From a virus: 64,000 bases of DNA. Below the pieces are notes generated by a model. It had not been told where the DNA came from and ran no database searches. It saw nothing but the letters and a program-made list of their open reading frames with translations. The stretch lies in IMG/VR virus record IMGVR_UViG_3300020045_008546, positions 1-64,000 of that record. The stretch is one strand, 5' to 3'. The position numbers were made by a program, and so were the translations under genes. This document shows positions 29,473-40,905 of the stretch, piece by piece; positions within the stretch are counted from its first letter, which is position 1, and the number at the start of each line of letters is the position of its first letter.

Positions 29473-29937
29473 TTAATTTAAGTTCCTATTTTGCCATACT
29501 AAATGTTGTATGGTTATTCTTTTTCTGTATGTGTATTTCGTGTCGCTGTAAGAATCTTCATCATCCATTCCTACTAGCACTGCATTACTTACTGTGAAAT
29601 CATCTAAAATAACGCCTGATTGACCGGGATTAGGAATAATCATTTCCATTATCTGATTACATATATTTTCCGCGTCTTCCCTGCCCCCAAAATCACCTTC
29701 AAACGTTGTATAAACTAATAGATTGACTGTAACTTCATTTCCAAAAGAACTCTTCGTATTCTCGCTAATTGTACTTATATCGCTTAAAATAACATAAGGC
29801 GTTTTAGCGGGATAATCAGCACGACTATCATAAACCTGAACTATATTATCATTAAAATACAACTTGTTTTCAGGATCGGTAATACCCGTAAGCAACTCAT
29901 AATATCCGGTTCTTAAAGGTTTTACTACGTCTTTCAT
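29473..29937 (-). CDS. Tail terminator protein
   Basis: VYDSRA...PYVIL motif; synteny. Confidence 0.75.
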   Translation of the reverse strand: MKDVVKPLRTGYYELLTGITDPENKLYFNDNIVQVYDSRADYPAKTPYVILSDISTISENTKSSFGNEVTVNLLVYTTFEGDFGGREDAENICNQIMEMIIPNPGQSGVILDDFTVSNAVLVGMDDEDSYSDTKYTYRKRITIQHLVWQNRNLN

Positions 29938-30405
29938 TTACCAAGCTACTTTTAATCCTTGTAATCTTTTAAGTAATCTTTTCTTTTCTTGCAAATAAGC
30001 AGGTATTAAAAATGGATGTGTTTTTAATCTACCTTTCCCGTTAATATAAAATGTCATCGCTAACGATCTATATTCACTTGGTAATGATGGTACATAACTT
30101 TGAGCATTTTTACCAGTACCAAATTCTAGGTAAGCAGCTATATTTTCAGGTTTAACACCACCGGCATGAACTTCGCCTTCTAATTTATGAGCCTCAATCT
30201 TATGTCCTATACTGCTTCGTACTGAATTAATCTGAGCTACTAATTCTTGACCTTCATTACCAAAAGGCGTTAATCTTGCCCTTGCGCTACTTACTGTTCT
30301 TTCTGCCGTTCCTTCAATCTCGTGGCTAATATCCTCTTCTATATCCCTGAAAACTTTATCAAGAGCATGAATCGCTTTGTCTATGCCTATGATTTCAAAT
30401 TTCAT
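29938..30405 (-). CDS. HK97 gp10-like tail completion protein
   Basis: AAYLEFGTG and HPFLIPA motifs. Confidence 0.85.
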   Translation of the reverse strand: MKFEIIGIDKAIHALDKVFRDIEEDISHEIEGTAERTVSSARARLTPFGNEGQELVAQINSVRSSIGHKIEAHKLEGEVHAGGVKPENIAAYLEFGTGKNAQSYVPSLPSEYRSLAMTFYINGKGRLKTHPFLIPAYLQEKKRLLKRLQGLKVAW

Positions 30406-30748
30406 CAGAAACTATATCTTTGGTTGCTTCGAAACTTAATAACCGCCTAACTGTATCTGTTTCCGTAACTGATCCTACTATGTATTTTGTACCGTAAGTA
30501 TCATACATAATCATATCAGTTTGTGGTCTATGTCCGTTACTCCATCGTATCGTTACTTTATACATTTGAGATAAATCTTTTTTCATCTCGTTAAAGCTAT
30601 TATACGCCTTCATTTTTTCAATCTTACCAAACGTTTTAAAAGCGAACAATTCAACCTTCTTAGAACCTCCTGAATTATTCTTTTCTCTTGATAGTTTATT
30701 AAAAGTCAAAGGATCTCTTAATTGTCCCGGATTTATCGCAATTGTCAT
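30395..30748 (-). CDS. Head closure / head-tail adaptor (SPP1 gp16-like)
   Basis: NPGQLRDPLTF N-terminus, KVTIRW; synteny. Confidence 0.8.
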   Translation of the reverse strand: MTIAINPGQLRDPLTFNKLSREKNNSGGSKKVELFAFKTFGKIEKMKAYNSFNEMKKDLSQMYKVTIRWSNGHRPQTDMIMYDTYGTKYIVGSVTETDTVRRLLSFEATKDIVSDEI

Positions 30749-31275
30749 TGTAAAAAGTTTTTACGGCCAAATCTTTTACAAGTATTCTTCCAGTCGTTAC
30801 CAAACGTTTGAATAGTTTGATTACCTCCAATACTAATTCCTGTACGTTGTTCAAAGTTATCCGTAGCGTGTTTCATTATCGCTAACTTAATCGCTGTTGG
30901 TACGCCTTGAACAAATCCTGCTTCGTAAGTAATAGATGTTGGATAAATTCTATCAGCAGTCACTTTTTTATAGCCTATACCAGAATAAGTAACATCAATA
31001 TCATCTACGCCATCTGTTGCACTAATAATCGTTTTAACAGGGCCGTATGGTAATTCAGAACTACAAATACTATCCCAATAAGCCGTTACCGTAGAATCAA
31101 CAATAGATATACCTAAATAAGCCTCTATATCTTCTCTTGCAGTTACTAATAACTCTTCAAGCAAAGTATCATGATCATCGAAATCAATAGACAAATGACG
31201 TTTTATAGCATCTAAATCAACAGGTTCAGCACCATATGATATTCTGTCTACTTGAAGTCCTGTATTACTTATCAT
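30745..31275 (-). CDS. Head-tail connector (gp6-like)
   Basis: EPVDLDAIKRHLSIDFDDHDTLL, VPTAIKLAI motifs. Confidence 0.88.
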   Translation of the reverse strand: MISNTGLQVDRISYGAEPVDLDAIKRHLSIDFDDHDTLLEELLVTAREDIEAYLGISIVDSTVTAYWDSICSSELPYGPVKTIISATDGVDDIDVTYSGIGYKKVTADRIYPTSITYEAGFVQGVPTAIKLAIMKHATDNFEQRTGISIGGNQTIQTFGNDWKNTCKRFGRKNFLQ

Positions 31276-31822
31276 TGATTACTTTCTTTTCATTTTTATC
31301 AGAAATAATTACTTTCTCTTTACTGTCAACTACTTCAACCTTTTCATCTTTTGCTTCCGCTATTAACTCGACCGCAACCCCTTTTTCTACTAAATCTTGC
31401 GCCTTTGCAATGGGAACCTTTAACTCTGCGTTTTCTAGGTGTAAAATCTCCGTTTCGCTGTCCCAAAAGTTTTTTATTGCTCGAATATCTTTCATATCGC
31501 ATTAGATAATTTTCTTAGGTTCCTTAGCTTCTTTTACTTTTGTAACCTTTGTTTCTTCTTCATCTTCTTTAACTTCTTTTTTATCAGAAGTAAGAATCTT
31601 TTCAGGTTCAGCAGGTTTGATATTATCAACAGTCATTGTACCTACTTCGCGTTTCGGTTTATCTTCAATATCAGGATTGCCCGGAACAATTTTAACATAC
31701 CCAAGATCAGCGTTTTCTTTTGCTATATCTTCGTACATTTTATACTTTTCGCCTTTGCTAACAGACTTATCTTTAAGTCCGTCAAACATATTTTCAATTG
31801 CCTCAACTGTTACAGTATTCAT
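31265..31822 (-). CDS. Two small charged hypothetical proteins (31265-31495, 31502-31822)
   Basis: ORFs within the head operon; Lys/Glu-rich tails. Confidence 0.6.
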
Positions 31823-32775
31823 CGTAAATAAGGTTTTTGGTTAACTGATTTAAGCCAGTCTTCGAACTTTTCTAATTGAGGTAACGGGTCTAACTCTAAT
31901 GCTCTTTCGTATACTTTGTCAGATTGACTTTTATATACTTTTGTATTTTCTAAGTTTTTTATCTCTTTAACCCAAGAATCTATATCGTTTCTTTCAACAA
32001 ATATTCCTGAATCAGATAAGCTACTGTTAAGTCCTTCGTTATTTGAAGCTATTACAGGAATACCCATACTTGCCGCTTCTATTGCTACTTGTCCCCAACT
32101 TTCGTATTTACTTGGAACAATTAGTATTTTAGTGTCTTTTAGATACTTCTTAATATCTTTCGTCTGTGGAACGTATTTGATATTAGTTAATGTTGTATCT
32201 TTAATCTGATCGTAATAACCGCCTTCAATACCTAAAAACTGTGTATCTGGCATTTTTTTAGCAATATCAATTAATATTTGACCGCCTTTATTTTCATTCA
32301 GATTAATGAGCGTAACGTACTTTGAATTCTTATTATTAACCCCTTCAAAGTCCCTATAATCAACAGGCGGATTTAAAATAATACTTTCCTGTTTGTATTG
32401 TAACTTATCTTTAACCCACTTACTATTATAAACTAAATATTGATTAGGCAATAAACAACGTAGAAAGCTATCATTATGACTATTATGAATAATGTGCACT
32501 ACTTTCTTTTTGTAAGCCTTAGAAGCGTTTTCCGTGTGCCCTGTTCTGTCTAAGTGAGTGAAAACTAAATCAGCATCTTGCCATAATTTATGAACTCTAT
32601 CAGACTTAGCATTATTCCAGATATTAACGCCTTCAAATACTGTATCTTCTCCCGGTTGTAACACTGTAACTTCATGCCCTTTACTTATCAGAAACTTAGC
32701 CATTCTATGTGCCATTGTTTCAGCACCTGCCATTTGATAAGGAACTGACATATGAAGATTAAATAATAACTTCAA
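31819..32775 (-). CDS. Glycosyltransferase, GT-B fold (GT4-like)
   Basis: GAETMAH N-terminus; PSKYESWGQVAIEAASMGIPVIAS motif. Confidence 0.92.
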   Translation of the reverse strand: MKLLFNLHMSVPYQMAGAETMAHRMAKFLISKGHEVTVLQPGEDTVFEGVNIWNNAKSDRVHKLWQDADLVFTHLDRTGHTENASKAYKKKVVHIIHNSHNDSFLRCLLPNQYLVYNSKWVKDKLQYKQESIILNPPVDYRDFEGVNNKNSKYVTLINLNENKGGQILIDIAKKMPDTQFLGIEGGYYDQIKDTTLTNIKYVPQTKDIKKYLKDTKILIVPSKYESWGQVAIEAASMGIPVIASNNEGLNSSLSDSGIFVERNDIDSWVKEIKNLENTKVYKSQSDKVYERALELDPLPQLEKFEDWLKSVNQKPYLR

Positions 32776-33347
32776 AATAATCTCTGTTTAGCGGTATCCC
32801 AAGCACTCGTATAATCTGCGTAACCATTAATAATATCGCTCTGTGAAGGTCTTTGAAATGCAACCATTGGATTCAACACAAAACATTTTCGAATTGGTAA
32901 AGCATTAACTCTAACCCATTCATCAAATACTAATTCACCATTCCAATTCTCTAAGCACCAGCTTCTAAATTCACGACTAAATAATGTTGCATGAGTATTC
33001 CAACCATTTTCTAACCAACTTAAATTATCACTGTATCTTCGTCTATGATCAGATTGTAAATTAGATCCAAGCCATAAACCGTCGTAATCGCTCGCCAACT
33101 CTGATAAATATTCCCGGTTAAAGTCGGATTCGAAATAGCAATCATCCTCGAATATGAAAAGGTTCTGTATATCTGCATATTTTTCGAAAATTGCTTTGAT
33201 TGACTTATTATAACCTTTCCATCCTACCTCCTCTACACATGCACTGAATCTTTCAAATACTATGCCTTGTTTATTTAATTCATTAGTAACTTGTTCTAAC
33301 CTATCAGGTCTTCTATCAAGGTTAAGTACTACTGAGGTAAATTGCAT
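32772..33347 (-). CDS. Glycosyltransferase family 25
   Basis: VLNLDRRPDRL, FERFSA, IFEDD motifs. Confidence 0.88.
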   Translation of the reverse strand: MQFTSVVLNLDRRPDRLEQVTNELNKQGIVFERFSACVEEVGWKGYNKSIKAIFEKYADIQNLFIFEDDCYFESDFNREYLSELASDYDGLWLGSNLQSDHRRRYSDNLSWLENGWNTHATLFSREFRSWCLENWNGELVFDEWVRVNALPIRKCFVLNPMVAFQRPSQSDIINGYADYTSAWDTAKQRLF

Positions 33348-33358
33348 AGATTTAAAGT

Positions 33359-33390
33359 ATACGAGTAGCCCAATTAAGAACTACTCGTAT
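33359..33390 (-). terminator. Hairpin downstream of the major capsid gene
   Basis: ATACGAGTAG...CTACTCGTAT inverted repeat. Confidence 0.7.
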
Positions 33391-33397
33391 TTCAATG

Positions 33398-34714
33398 TTA
33401 TGAAAGGATAGTAGCTAGATTGATCTTCATAAATGCCGCTGGTCTGTATACAGGTAGGGCAATTCTTTCTTCAATACGTAGCGTTACTAAGTTCTGACGG
33501 AAATTTGTAGAATCCTCATAAGAAATATCAAAAGTGATACCTTCACGAACAAGTAACTCAGCGTAATCCCATTCTCCAACCAATGCAGTAAGACGAGCAA
33601 TACGGTTAGACTTATAAATTGGAATACCCATAAACAAAAGCGTCGCGCGATTGTCGCCTGCAAATACAAGTCCCGGGAAATCAAATTCACCAGTAGTTGT
33701 TTTGTAACGTAGTAATTGAGCGTAATCACGAGGATGCAGCACAATTCCATTCACATAATAATTCAATGTTTCTTGTTGAGCAATTGCGTCTACCAAGAAT
33801 TCAAAGATAGTAGTATATGTAGCGTCAGTCCGGGTATATGTTGAGGCTTGGGTAATAATACCATTCAATTGATTGGTAGAATTGTTCCCATAAAGCAACT
33901 GTTGATCCTCAAAGGTTAGCAAATCTTCTGTCATACGTCTACTAGCGTAGCCGGCTAACCATGTGATGTCCTGCAACGCTTGCTTAGATACACTCATCCA
34001 AGCCGCAATAGTAACCGGCTTAACAAGCACCATTTGCAGATCATAGTCTACTTGGGGTTTAGTTAGGCCTTCTCCGCCTTGATATCCAATACCCCCATCT
34101 CCTCCTATTTCTTGTGGATATTCCAGAACAGCAGAATTCAACGTATTGATATTCAATAGTTCACGGATGTGAGTACGATTTTGCGGAGTACGCACAACAG
34201 TTTGAGAAATCTGGCGATTAGCATAACCATCAAGGTTAGCATTCGTAATAGTCCCTGCTGCTTTATTTGCAATTTGCTGAATTCCAAATTGTCCATCATC
34301 AAGAACGAAACGACTAGATTTGTTATTCAACTCACTTAGCTTTCCTTCTTCTTTTGCTTTAACAAACATCTCGTCAATTTGAGATTGCATGTTTTTAACA
34401 CGAGGGGCATTAGAACCGCCCGGTAGCGTAGATTCATTCAAACGAGTTGCAAGAGTTGAAATGTCATTGCCTTGTGCAGCGTATTTCTTTTCTAGTTCGT
34501 CATATTTATCTTCTGCACCTTTAATTTGAGTTGTCAAATCTGCGATGGTCTGAGAATCAGCCTTTGCTTTAATTTGCTCTTCTAGGGCAGTATATTGTTT
34601 CGTCAAGTCCCCTTGAACTTTACCAATCTGAATTTCAGTACTGGATTTAATTTCAGTCTTAGCAGCATCAACCACTGACTTAATTTCTTTTAGTGCTTTT
34701 TCTTCGTCTTCCAT
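33398..34714 (-). CDS. Major capsid protein, HK97 fold
   Basis: N-terminal coiled-coil delta domain; EGLTKP, EDQQLLYG, FRQNLVTLRIEERIALPVYRPAAF. Confidence 0.95.
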   Translation of the reverse strand: MEDEEKALKEIKSVVDAAKTEIKSSTEIQIGKVQGDLTKQYTALEEQIKAKADSQTIADLTTQIKGAEDKYDELEKKYAAQGNDISTLATRLNESTLPGGSNAPRVKNMQSQIDEMFVKAKEEGKLSELNNKSSRFVLDDGQFGIQQIANKAAGTITNANLDGYANRQISQTVVRTPQNRTHIRELLNINTLNSAVLEYPQEIGGDGGIGYQGGEGLTKPQVDYDLQMVLVKPVTIAAWMSVSKQALQDITWLAGYASRRMTEDLLTFEDQQLLYGNNSTNQLNGIITQASTYTRTDATYTTIFEFLVDAIAQQETLNYYVNGIVLHPRDYAQLLRYKTTTGEFDFPGLVFAGDNRATLLFMGIPIYKSNRIARLTALVGEWDYAELLVREGITFDISYEDSTNFRQNLVTLRIEERIALPVYRPAAFMKINLATILS

Positions 34715-35463
34715 TAGCTTAATGCCGTTTTAAGTAATTTTGCGTAATCAATCTTTTTCACTTCCTCTTTCACCTGCGCAATCGTTACGTCATCCGGCAA
34801 AGTGTTTTCCAACGGCTTTGTGTCAGTTGATGGCTGGTTGTTTATATCTTCTGATGTAGAATTCTTTAATAAAATTTCTGATAATTTTTCACTTAATGAT
34901 TTAAGTCTATCCTGCATAAGAATAAACATTTCGTCTGTGTAATTACCATTATGTAATGCTTTATCTAATTTCCTAGCCAATTCAAACATTTCTTCAAATG
35001 ATTTGATGCCAGTAACAGGCGTATTAGGATTTGCGGCTAAGAATTGGATGCCAGATCCCTCGTACAATTTTAATTCTGTAATTAGGTTTGTATTGGCATC
35101 TAATTTTTGCTCTTTAACTACGGAATATCCAATCGAATGTTGATTAATTATAAAATCAGCACATAAAGACAAATAATTTCGTCCGGCGTCGTGGTTGCCA
35201 ATTTTAGATTCAAAGTAAAGGCCAAAAGGAGTTTCTTCTAATAATTGAATTTTACCAACAGCTTTAAGATGGTCATGGTCTTGTAAATGAGCTATAAGCC
35301 CTACACCTTTCGGGCCTCGCTCAGATATTGTTTTACTGAATGATCCTTCTTGTATAATATCGCCATCTAAATCTTTGTTTCCAAAAGAAGCAAAAAAGCC
35401 GGTAACAACCCTACCGCCACTATCAACATCTTTTATGCTACCGGCTAATCCTTTGTATTCCAT
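34714..35463 (-). CDS. HK97-family prohead protease
   Basis: GFFASFGNKDLDGDII, HDH, SIGY, LYEGS motifs. Confidence 0.93.
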   Translation of the reverse strand: MEYKGLAGSIKDVDSGGRVVTGFFASFGNKDLDGDIIQEGSFSKTISERGPKGVGLIAHLQDHDHLKAVGKIQLLEETPFGLYFESKIGNHDAGRNYLSLCADFIINQHSIGYSVVKEQKLDANTNLITELKLYEGSGIQFLAANPNTPVTGIKSFEEMFELARKLDKALHNGNYTDEMFILMQDRLKSLSEKLSEILLKNSTSEDINNQPSTDTKPLENTLPDDVTIAQVKEEVKKIDYAKLLKTALS

Positions 35464-35588
35464 GTCGCCTCTATCAATTCCACTTAATCAAAACAAATCT
35501 AAAATAAAAATATTTCAATAAAAATTACGTTAATTTGTTTTACACAAAAAATGTGCATATATTGCTTATATATTTTAATATCATATAA

Positions 35589-35750
35589 ATGAAAGATAAT
35601 ATAAAAGAATCAAATAGGTTTCAAATGGTTTTTTATGGCGATCAATTAGGTAGGATAAGAGAACTCTGTAAACAAGAGGGGCATGCTACTATATCTAGTT
35701 TTATAAGATCCCTAGTAATTAATCATGTAAACTCAAAACTTAAAAAATAA
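35589..35750 (+). CDS. Small ribbon-helix-helix-like DNA-binding protein (53 aa; not in ORF track)
   Basis: MKDNIKESNRFQMVFYGDQLGRIRELCKQEGHATISSFIRSLV: beta-helix-helix pattern. Confidence 0.55.
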   Translation: MKDNIKESNRFQMVFYGDQLGRIRELCKQEGHATISSFIRSLVINHVNSKLKK

Positions 35751-36415
35751 TGAACGAGAATGAATTATTTTATCCATTAATTGGATATGAAGGTTTATAT
35801 GAGATTAATAAAAATTCAGAGATAAGGAGTTTAGATAGAACTGTAATTTCTAAAAATGGCAAGAAAATGTTTTTCCCTGCTCAAATATTAATTCCAGTTT
35901 TAAATAATCATGGATATCACATACGAACACTTTATAAAGATAAAATTAAAAGGCAATTTCAGGTTCATAGATTGGTAGCCTTAAACTTTTTACCTAATTC
36001 AAATAATTATCCAACGGTAAACCATAAAAATGGAATAAAAACTGACAATCGGATTCAAAATCTTGAATGGGCATCCATTAAGCAAAATACACAGCATGGA
36101 TTTGATGAATTGGGGAGAATTATTTACAATAGAAAATTAAGTGAAATTGAAGTAATAGATATATTTAAAAATACATCTTATAATAGCCATAATGCTTATA
36201 GGCCGGGAACAGTTACAGTTTCAGAGATGTCTAATAAATATTCTGTTTGTGAAAATGTAATTCTGAATATAGTTAAAAGGAGACATTATTTAGAAATTAC
36301 TAATACCCTCCCGGATATAGAAATAAAAATAAAAAAAGGAATGAATAGAGATGAAAGAAATTCAAGAAGAAGAGAAAGAAGATTGGAATTGAAACAACAA
36401 AAATTAAATAAATAA
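35750..36415 (+). CDS. NUMOD4-HNH homing endonuclease
   Basis: IGYEGLYEI...IRSLDR (NUMOD4); VHRLVA...VNHKNGIKTDNRIQNLEW (HNH). Confidence 0.93.
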   Translation: MNENELFYPLIGYEGLYEINKNSEIRSLDRTVISKNGKKMFFPAQILIPVLNNHGYHIRTLYKDKIKRQFQVHRLVALNFLPNSNNYPTVNHKNGIKTDNRIQNLEWASIKQNTQHGFDELGRIIYNRKLSEIEVIDIFKNTSYNSHNAYRPGTVTVSEMSNKYSVCENVILNIVKRRHYLEITNTLPDIEIKIKKGMNRDERNSRRRERRLELKQQKLNK

Positions 36416-36428
36416 AATTTATATAGCG

Positions 36429-39113
36429 ATGGCAGAACTTACAGACGACGAAAAATTAAGAATGTACACAAATCCCGAAATTTCACAAGAAGACCAAATT
36501 CAAAACGAAATCACCGGATACAACCGTTTAATTTCCGAAGCGCAACAATTCGTATTAGAAATTGAAACTATCCCACAGACTAAATTTTTAAGCGAACAAT
36601 TTATTATGTTCCATGAAAAAAGAATCACAGATAGAAACATCATTAAAAAGTTCTATGAGATTCTAATTGCTGACTGGCATTATAAAATTGATTCAGCTAA
36701 AAAAGAATTATCAACAATTAAAGGCGGCAATCCATTTATAACAAACGATGCAGTTGAGGAATCTACTGAAAAATTAAACGATCAGATTACAGATCCAAAC
36801 CCGGATGATATTAACGCTGAATTCCCTGTCAAGAAAAAAGGCAAGTTTTTATCCTTTCTTGAAAAGTTCTTTTCCTATGCTGATAAGACTGTTACTATTT
36901 TAAAAGAAACTAACGTAATTAAAGATAAGAAATGAAAGTACAAGAGTCACTAACGAAAGATAACTTTTGGAATGAACTTACTAAATCTTATCCATTAGGG
37001 ACAAAAGTATTTTACGATTGGATAGACGAATATAAAAAGGCGGTTAACTGGCAAGATTTATTCAGAGATCATTTAAATGCTGATGCTAAATTTAGTTCGC
37101 CTAAGTTTCATAATTTACCACATGCTATGCAACTTGGTATTTGGATATTCTTTTTAGATGAAATAGGAATCATTTATTACTATGATGATTTAGCTGATAG
37201 TGGACTTAAAGAACATATAACTCAAACTATGAAGTTAATTGAAATTGATAATATGCCATGAAAATAGAAATAGGTAAAACATATAAAGTTCGCAATCCTG
37301 AGTACTGTTTAGCTAATGGTTTTGTCTCACAAGATACTATCCTCAAAAAAGATGAAACACTAACCAAAGACTTTATTGGCGTTTCAGGAGAAGCGTATTA
37401 TATTAATGGAAGTGTGTATGGTATATATCAAAAATGGGAATCAGATTTAATAGAAGAGATATTATGACAGCAATAACTATTAACGCCTTAATTGATCGTA
37501 AATTTAAATCTGGTAAGTATTTTAAAGATGAATTTACTAAATCAACTAGACAAGGAGAACACACTATTATTTCAATTGAAATAGATATAAATAACTTTAA
37601 TGAAGTAACTGATATAGACATTAAAACTGAAACTAAAAAAGATCATTTTCATGATTCAGAAGTTACTTATATCTCGTTACCAGTTAGCACTTCATTAGAA
37701 GACATTGACCACTTAATTAGAATTTTAAATTTATGATAACTAGACAAGAATTAATAGATAGGGGGTTTACTAATGGTGACGTTCACGGTCAATTGAGAAA
37801 ATATACCCTTGATGGAGATGGCAATATATGGGCAATTGATATTCAAATAAAAGATGACGGTATCATTAAATATATAGATTTAGAGTGCGAAGTTTATGAT
37901 AATTATATAAACACTCTGTCTATGCCAACTAATACGCCTATTGAAGATATTGATAACCTTATTCGTATACTTAACTTATGACAAAGAACGCCTTACTTAA
38001 ATTGGGATTTATAGATAGGTCAGAAAATATTTTATGTTATATCATTAAAGAATCAAATGATTTTAGCATATATATCTATGCCGATTCTAGCTTTGAAAAT
38101 AACGAAGGTGTATATTTAACTTTATCAAGCATACAGAAAGTTATTAGCACCAATCTTCCTAATATTAAAACAGTTTCTCAACTAAAAACATTCATTAAAT
38201 TACTATCAAATGACAACAATTAACAAAAAAGAATACGAAGATATTCGAATCATAATTTACAGTGTATCTATTCTAATCATTGGTTTTTTAATCGGCTATT
38301 TTATCCCAACCTCAAAAACTAAAATAGAAAACAGTGCTATGATTCAAAACTTCAACAAGGCGCACAATAACATGCTTGATTCTGACATTTACAGAGAACT
38401 TTCAGACGAAAACAAGGTGGAATTCATTGAAGGATATAAACGTGGCTCAGAAGATCAAATTGACTACTACAATAAGCAGAAAGATGTTTATCTTAATGGT
38501 ATTATAAAAAATGATTACGAATCAAGTAGAAGAGTTTATTTAAAGTTTAAACCTGAATCATTCAAATGAAAATCTATAAAGACATATTAGAAAGTCAGTG
38601 CAAAGAATATACAAATTTGGATTTTGCAGGTTGCTGCGAAAGGTTAAGTCATACTGATCTATTAGAAATAATAGAATCTGCTGTTAAGATTTATACTTTA
38701 CAAGTTGGGAAAGATATAAGACAAAGATGTTTAGATAACGTAGAGGTTATAGAAGAATTCGAAGACGGAGATCCGATATGGCATATTAATGAAGATTCTA
38801 TTTTAAACATTGAAATTAAACTACCATGACCATATCAGAACGCAAACATAAATCTAACACAAAACTTGTAGGAGCTAAACAGCTATGCGATTTATTTAAT
38901 GCAGCTAGATACTTTTGTTGTGGCGTTATTTTTATTTCTGTTCTTCCTGTATGGGAAAGTAAAAGTATAGCAATGATATTTCTGTTTAGCTTTTTAGTGT
39001 TAGTATTGATCTGTAACTTACTTTATAATTTGTTTAGCAGAGTAATGGATGAGGCATTGAAAGAGCTAAGTGAGATTGACAAATTAAATAAGTGGATCAG
39101 CAGTTCTAACTAA
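36429..39113 (+). CDS. Block of nine small hypothetical genes
   Basis: Mostly ATGA-coupled ORFs; 37464-37736 and 37733-37981 share C-terminal EDIDxLIRILNL. Confidence 0.7.
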
Positions 39114-39901
39114 ATAAATCCGCCTTCTTTTTTACGATAATGCAAACGGCAACGACATCCGGCAATTTCTTTTATAGGCAAAACTTTATCGTATGGCATT
39201 CGAGCTTGATAACCGCCCACATTAAACTTAGATTCAATACCTATGTATTCAGTTGTTACATTATGATGAGAATTACGTAGGCGTTCGTCAAAAATACGCA
39301 TCCACTTCTTCTCTAACACAACATTTAATTCCCTAGATACATAAATTGCGGCATCTTCTTCACTTGTATTTGCTATATAAGATGTTTCAGTTAAAGCTAT
39401 TAATTTACTTCTATTCAAAGCGTATGTGCCTAGAATATTTTTTCTAAGTAAAGTCTTTAATTTATTAACAGTTAAATTTAACTCCTTACCCTTATCAAAT
39501 ATTTTCTTTATGTGATCTAATGTTGTTTTATGAATTGAATCAGTTCTAATAATACTTTCAGGTGAACGTATTATATCAGTAAGTTTTTGTTTCCATAATG
39601 ACAATCCAAACGAATCAGTGGTATCACTACTAAGACTTGCTTTAAGAGAAGAATAAGCACTTGTAAAAGCCGATATGCCAACAGTAGTATAAATAGTGCC
39701 AAGTATTAATAAAAGTTGATCACGGTCGTTTTTTGATTCAAGTATATTGATTGTCTCTTCAACAGAATAGTTATCTAGTAATTCAGATACATGAGCATAA
39801 GTAGTTTTGAAGTATACTAATATCTGTTTGATAGCATACTTCTCATATCTTAATTGCTCTTTCGTTTTTGACTTAAAATATGCTATCTCTTCTTTCGTCA
39901 T
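39110..39901 (-). CDS. Head morphogenesis / minor capsid protein (Mu gpF, SPP1 gp7-like)
   Basis: RSKLIALTE, KKW...DERLRNSH, PYD...EIAGCRC motifs. Confidence 0.85.
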   Translation of the reverse strand: MTKEEIAYFKSKTKEQLRYEKYAIKQILVYFKTTYAHVSELLDNYSVEETINILESKNDRDQLLLILGTIYTTVGISAFTSAYSSLKASLSSDTTDSFGLSLWKQKLTDIIRSPESIIRTDSIHKTTLDHIKKIFDKGKELNLTVNKLKTLLRKNILGTYALNRSKLIALTETSYIANTSEEDAAIYVSRELNVVLEKKWMRIFDERLRNSHHNVTTEYIGIESKFNVGGYQARMPYDKVLPIKEIAGCRCRLHYRKKEGGFI

Positions 39902-39944
39902 GTTTACTTTTTCTTACGCTGTTTTTTTTGTTTCCTCTTCCCCC

Positions 39945-39986
39945 TTTTGTTTTTCCCTAAGAGGAAGGGTGAGGGATAGGTGGGTT
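39945..39986. repeat. 42-bp direct repeat, copy 2
   Basis: Identical to 6767-6808. Confidence 0.95.
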
Positions 39987-40902
39987 ACCTATCCCATCCA
40001 AATTGAACAAACTTTCTATATTCTCTTAAAGCAATAATCTTATAACCAATTCCATTTAAATGTGTTATATCTCCGGTAGGTTTCATGCCTCTTGGAAATA
40101 TCCCATTTGCTATATCAGTAAGATCGTCTGACGTTGGAGTATATTTAATAAATGCCATTTCCTCCGTTGTTGGCGGTGTCATTTGTATATAATTATCTGG
40201 ATATAAATTTTTCAGCGAGGTGTTGTGTGCATCAACTTCCGCACGAGCAGGCGTTCCTGTTGTTTCAAGATTGTTTGGCAGAACACCAAAAACTAAAAAG
40301 CGTTTTGGATTAGCTAGATAATTCACACAGGCAACAATGCTTGCTAATATTTTCGTTTTATCTGGATCATTTCTACCCATCCAAAACGTGTTAATATCAT
40401 CTACCGCATTAAGCCCTGCATCGGGAATAAATATAGAATCTGGGGCAATTGTAGCATTTGCTCCAAAATAGTTAGCTGCCAATGCAATAGTATCGACTTC
40501 AACCTGACTAGGGGCTGTTCCTGTTGCAGATCGGAAAATAATACATCTTTGTTTTACGGCTACGTTACCCTGTGTAGTTAACAATGTACCCGAAGCATAT
40601 CGGCTTGTGTTATCTGCTGCTGTTCGCAGAAAATAAGAAGACATGTTAGATAATGTAACAGGAACACCAACAGTGCTAAATGCGCCGCCAGTTGCTGTTA
40701 CATAACATGGAATTGCTCCGAACCTAGTAGCTATCTGCGTACTAGTTTGCCCACCTATCCCATATTGATTGATAACTCTTTCTGTTGGTAAAAATCCCAA
40801 TAGATGCACAGTGACATTCATTCCATCACCTCCTGCACCTTGTACCATACTATCCCCCCATTTATTTATGGTTTTGCTAATTCCGTTATTAATATTTCCC
40901 AT
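39985..40902 (-). CDS. SGNH/GDSL esterase-like protein
   Basis: WGDSM, GIGGQTS, WMGRND, DITHLN blocks. Confidence 0.85.
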   Translation of the reverse strand: MGNINNGISKTINKWGDSMVQGAGGDGMNVTVHLLGFLPTERVINQYGIGGQTSTQIATRFGAIPCYVTATGGAFSTVGVPVTLSNMSSYFLRTAADNTSRYASGTLLTTQGNVAVKQRCIIFRSATGTAPSQVEVDTIALAANYFGANATIAPDSIFIPDAGLNAVDDINTFWMGRNDPDKTKILASIVACVNYLANPKRFLVFGVLPNNLETTGTPARAEVDAHNTSLKNLYPDNYIQMTPPTTEEMAFIKYTPTSDDLTDIANGIFPRGMKPTGDITHLNGIGYKIIALREYRKFVQFGWDR

Positions 40903-40905
40903 TTT

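Noticed and set aside
33398-34714. Higher GC of the capsid gene as evidence of horizontal transfer
   Set aside because: More simply explained by codon optimisation of a highly expressed gene; it sits in normal synteny with the protease.
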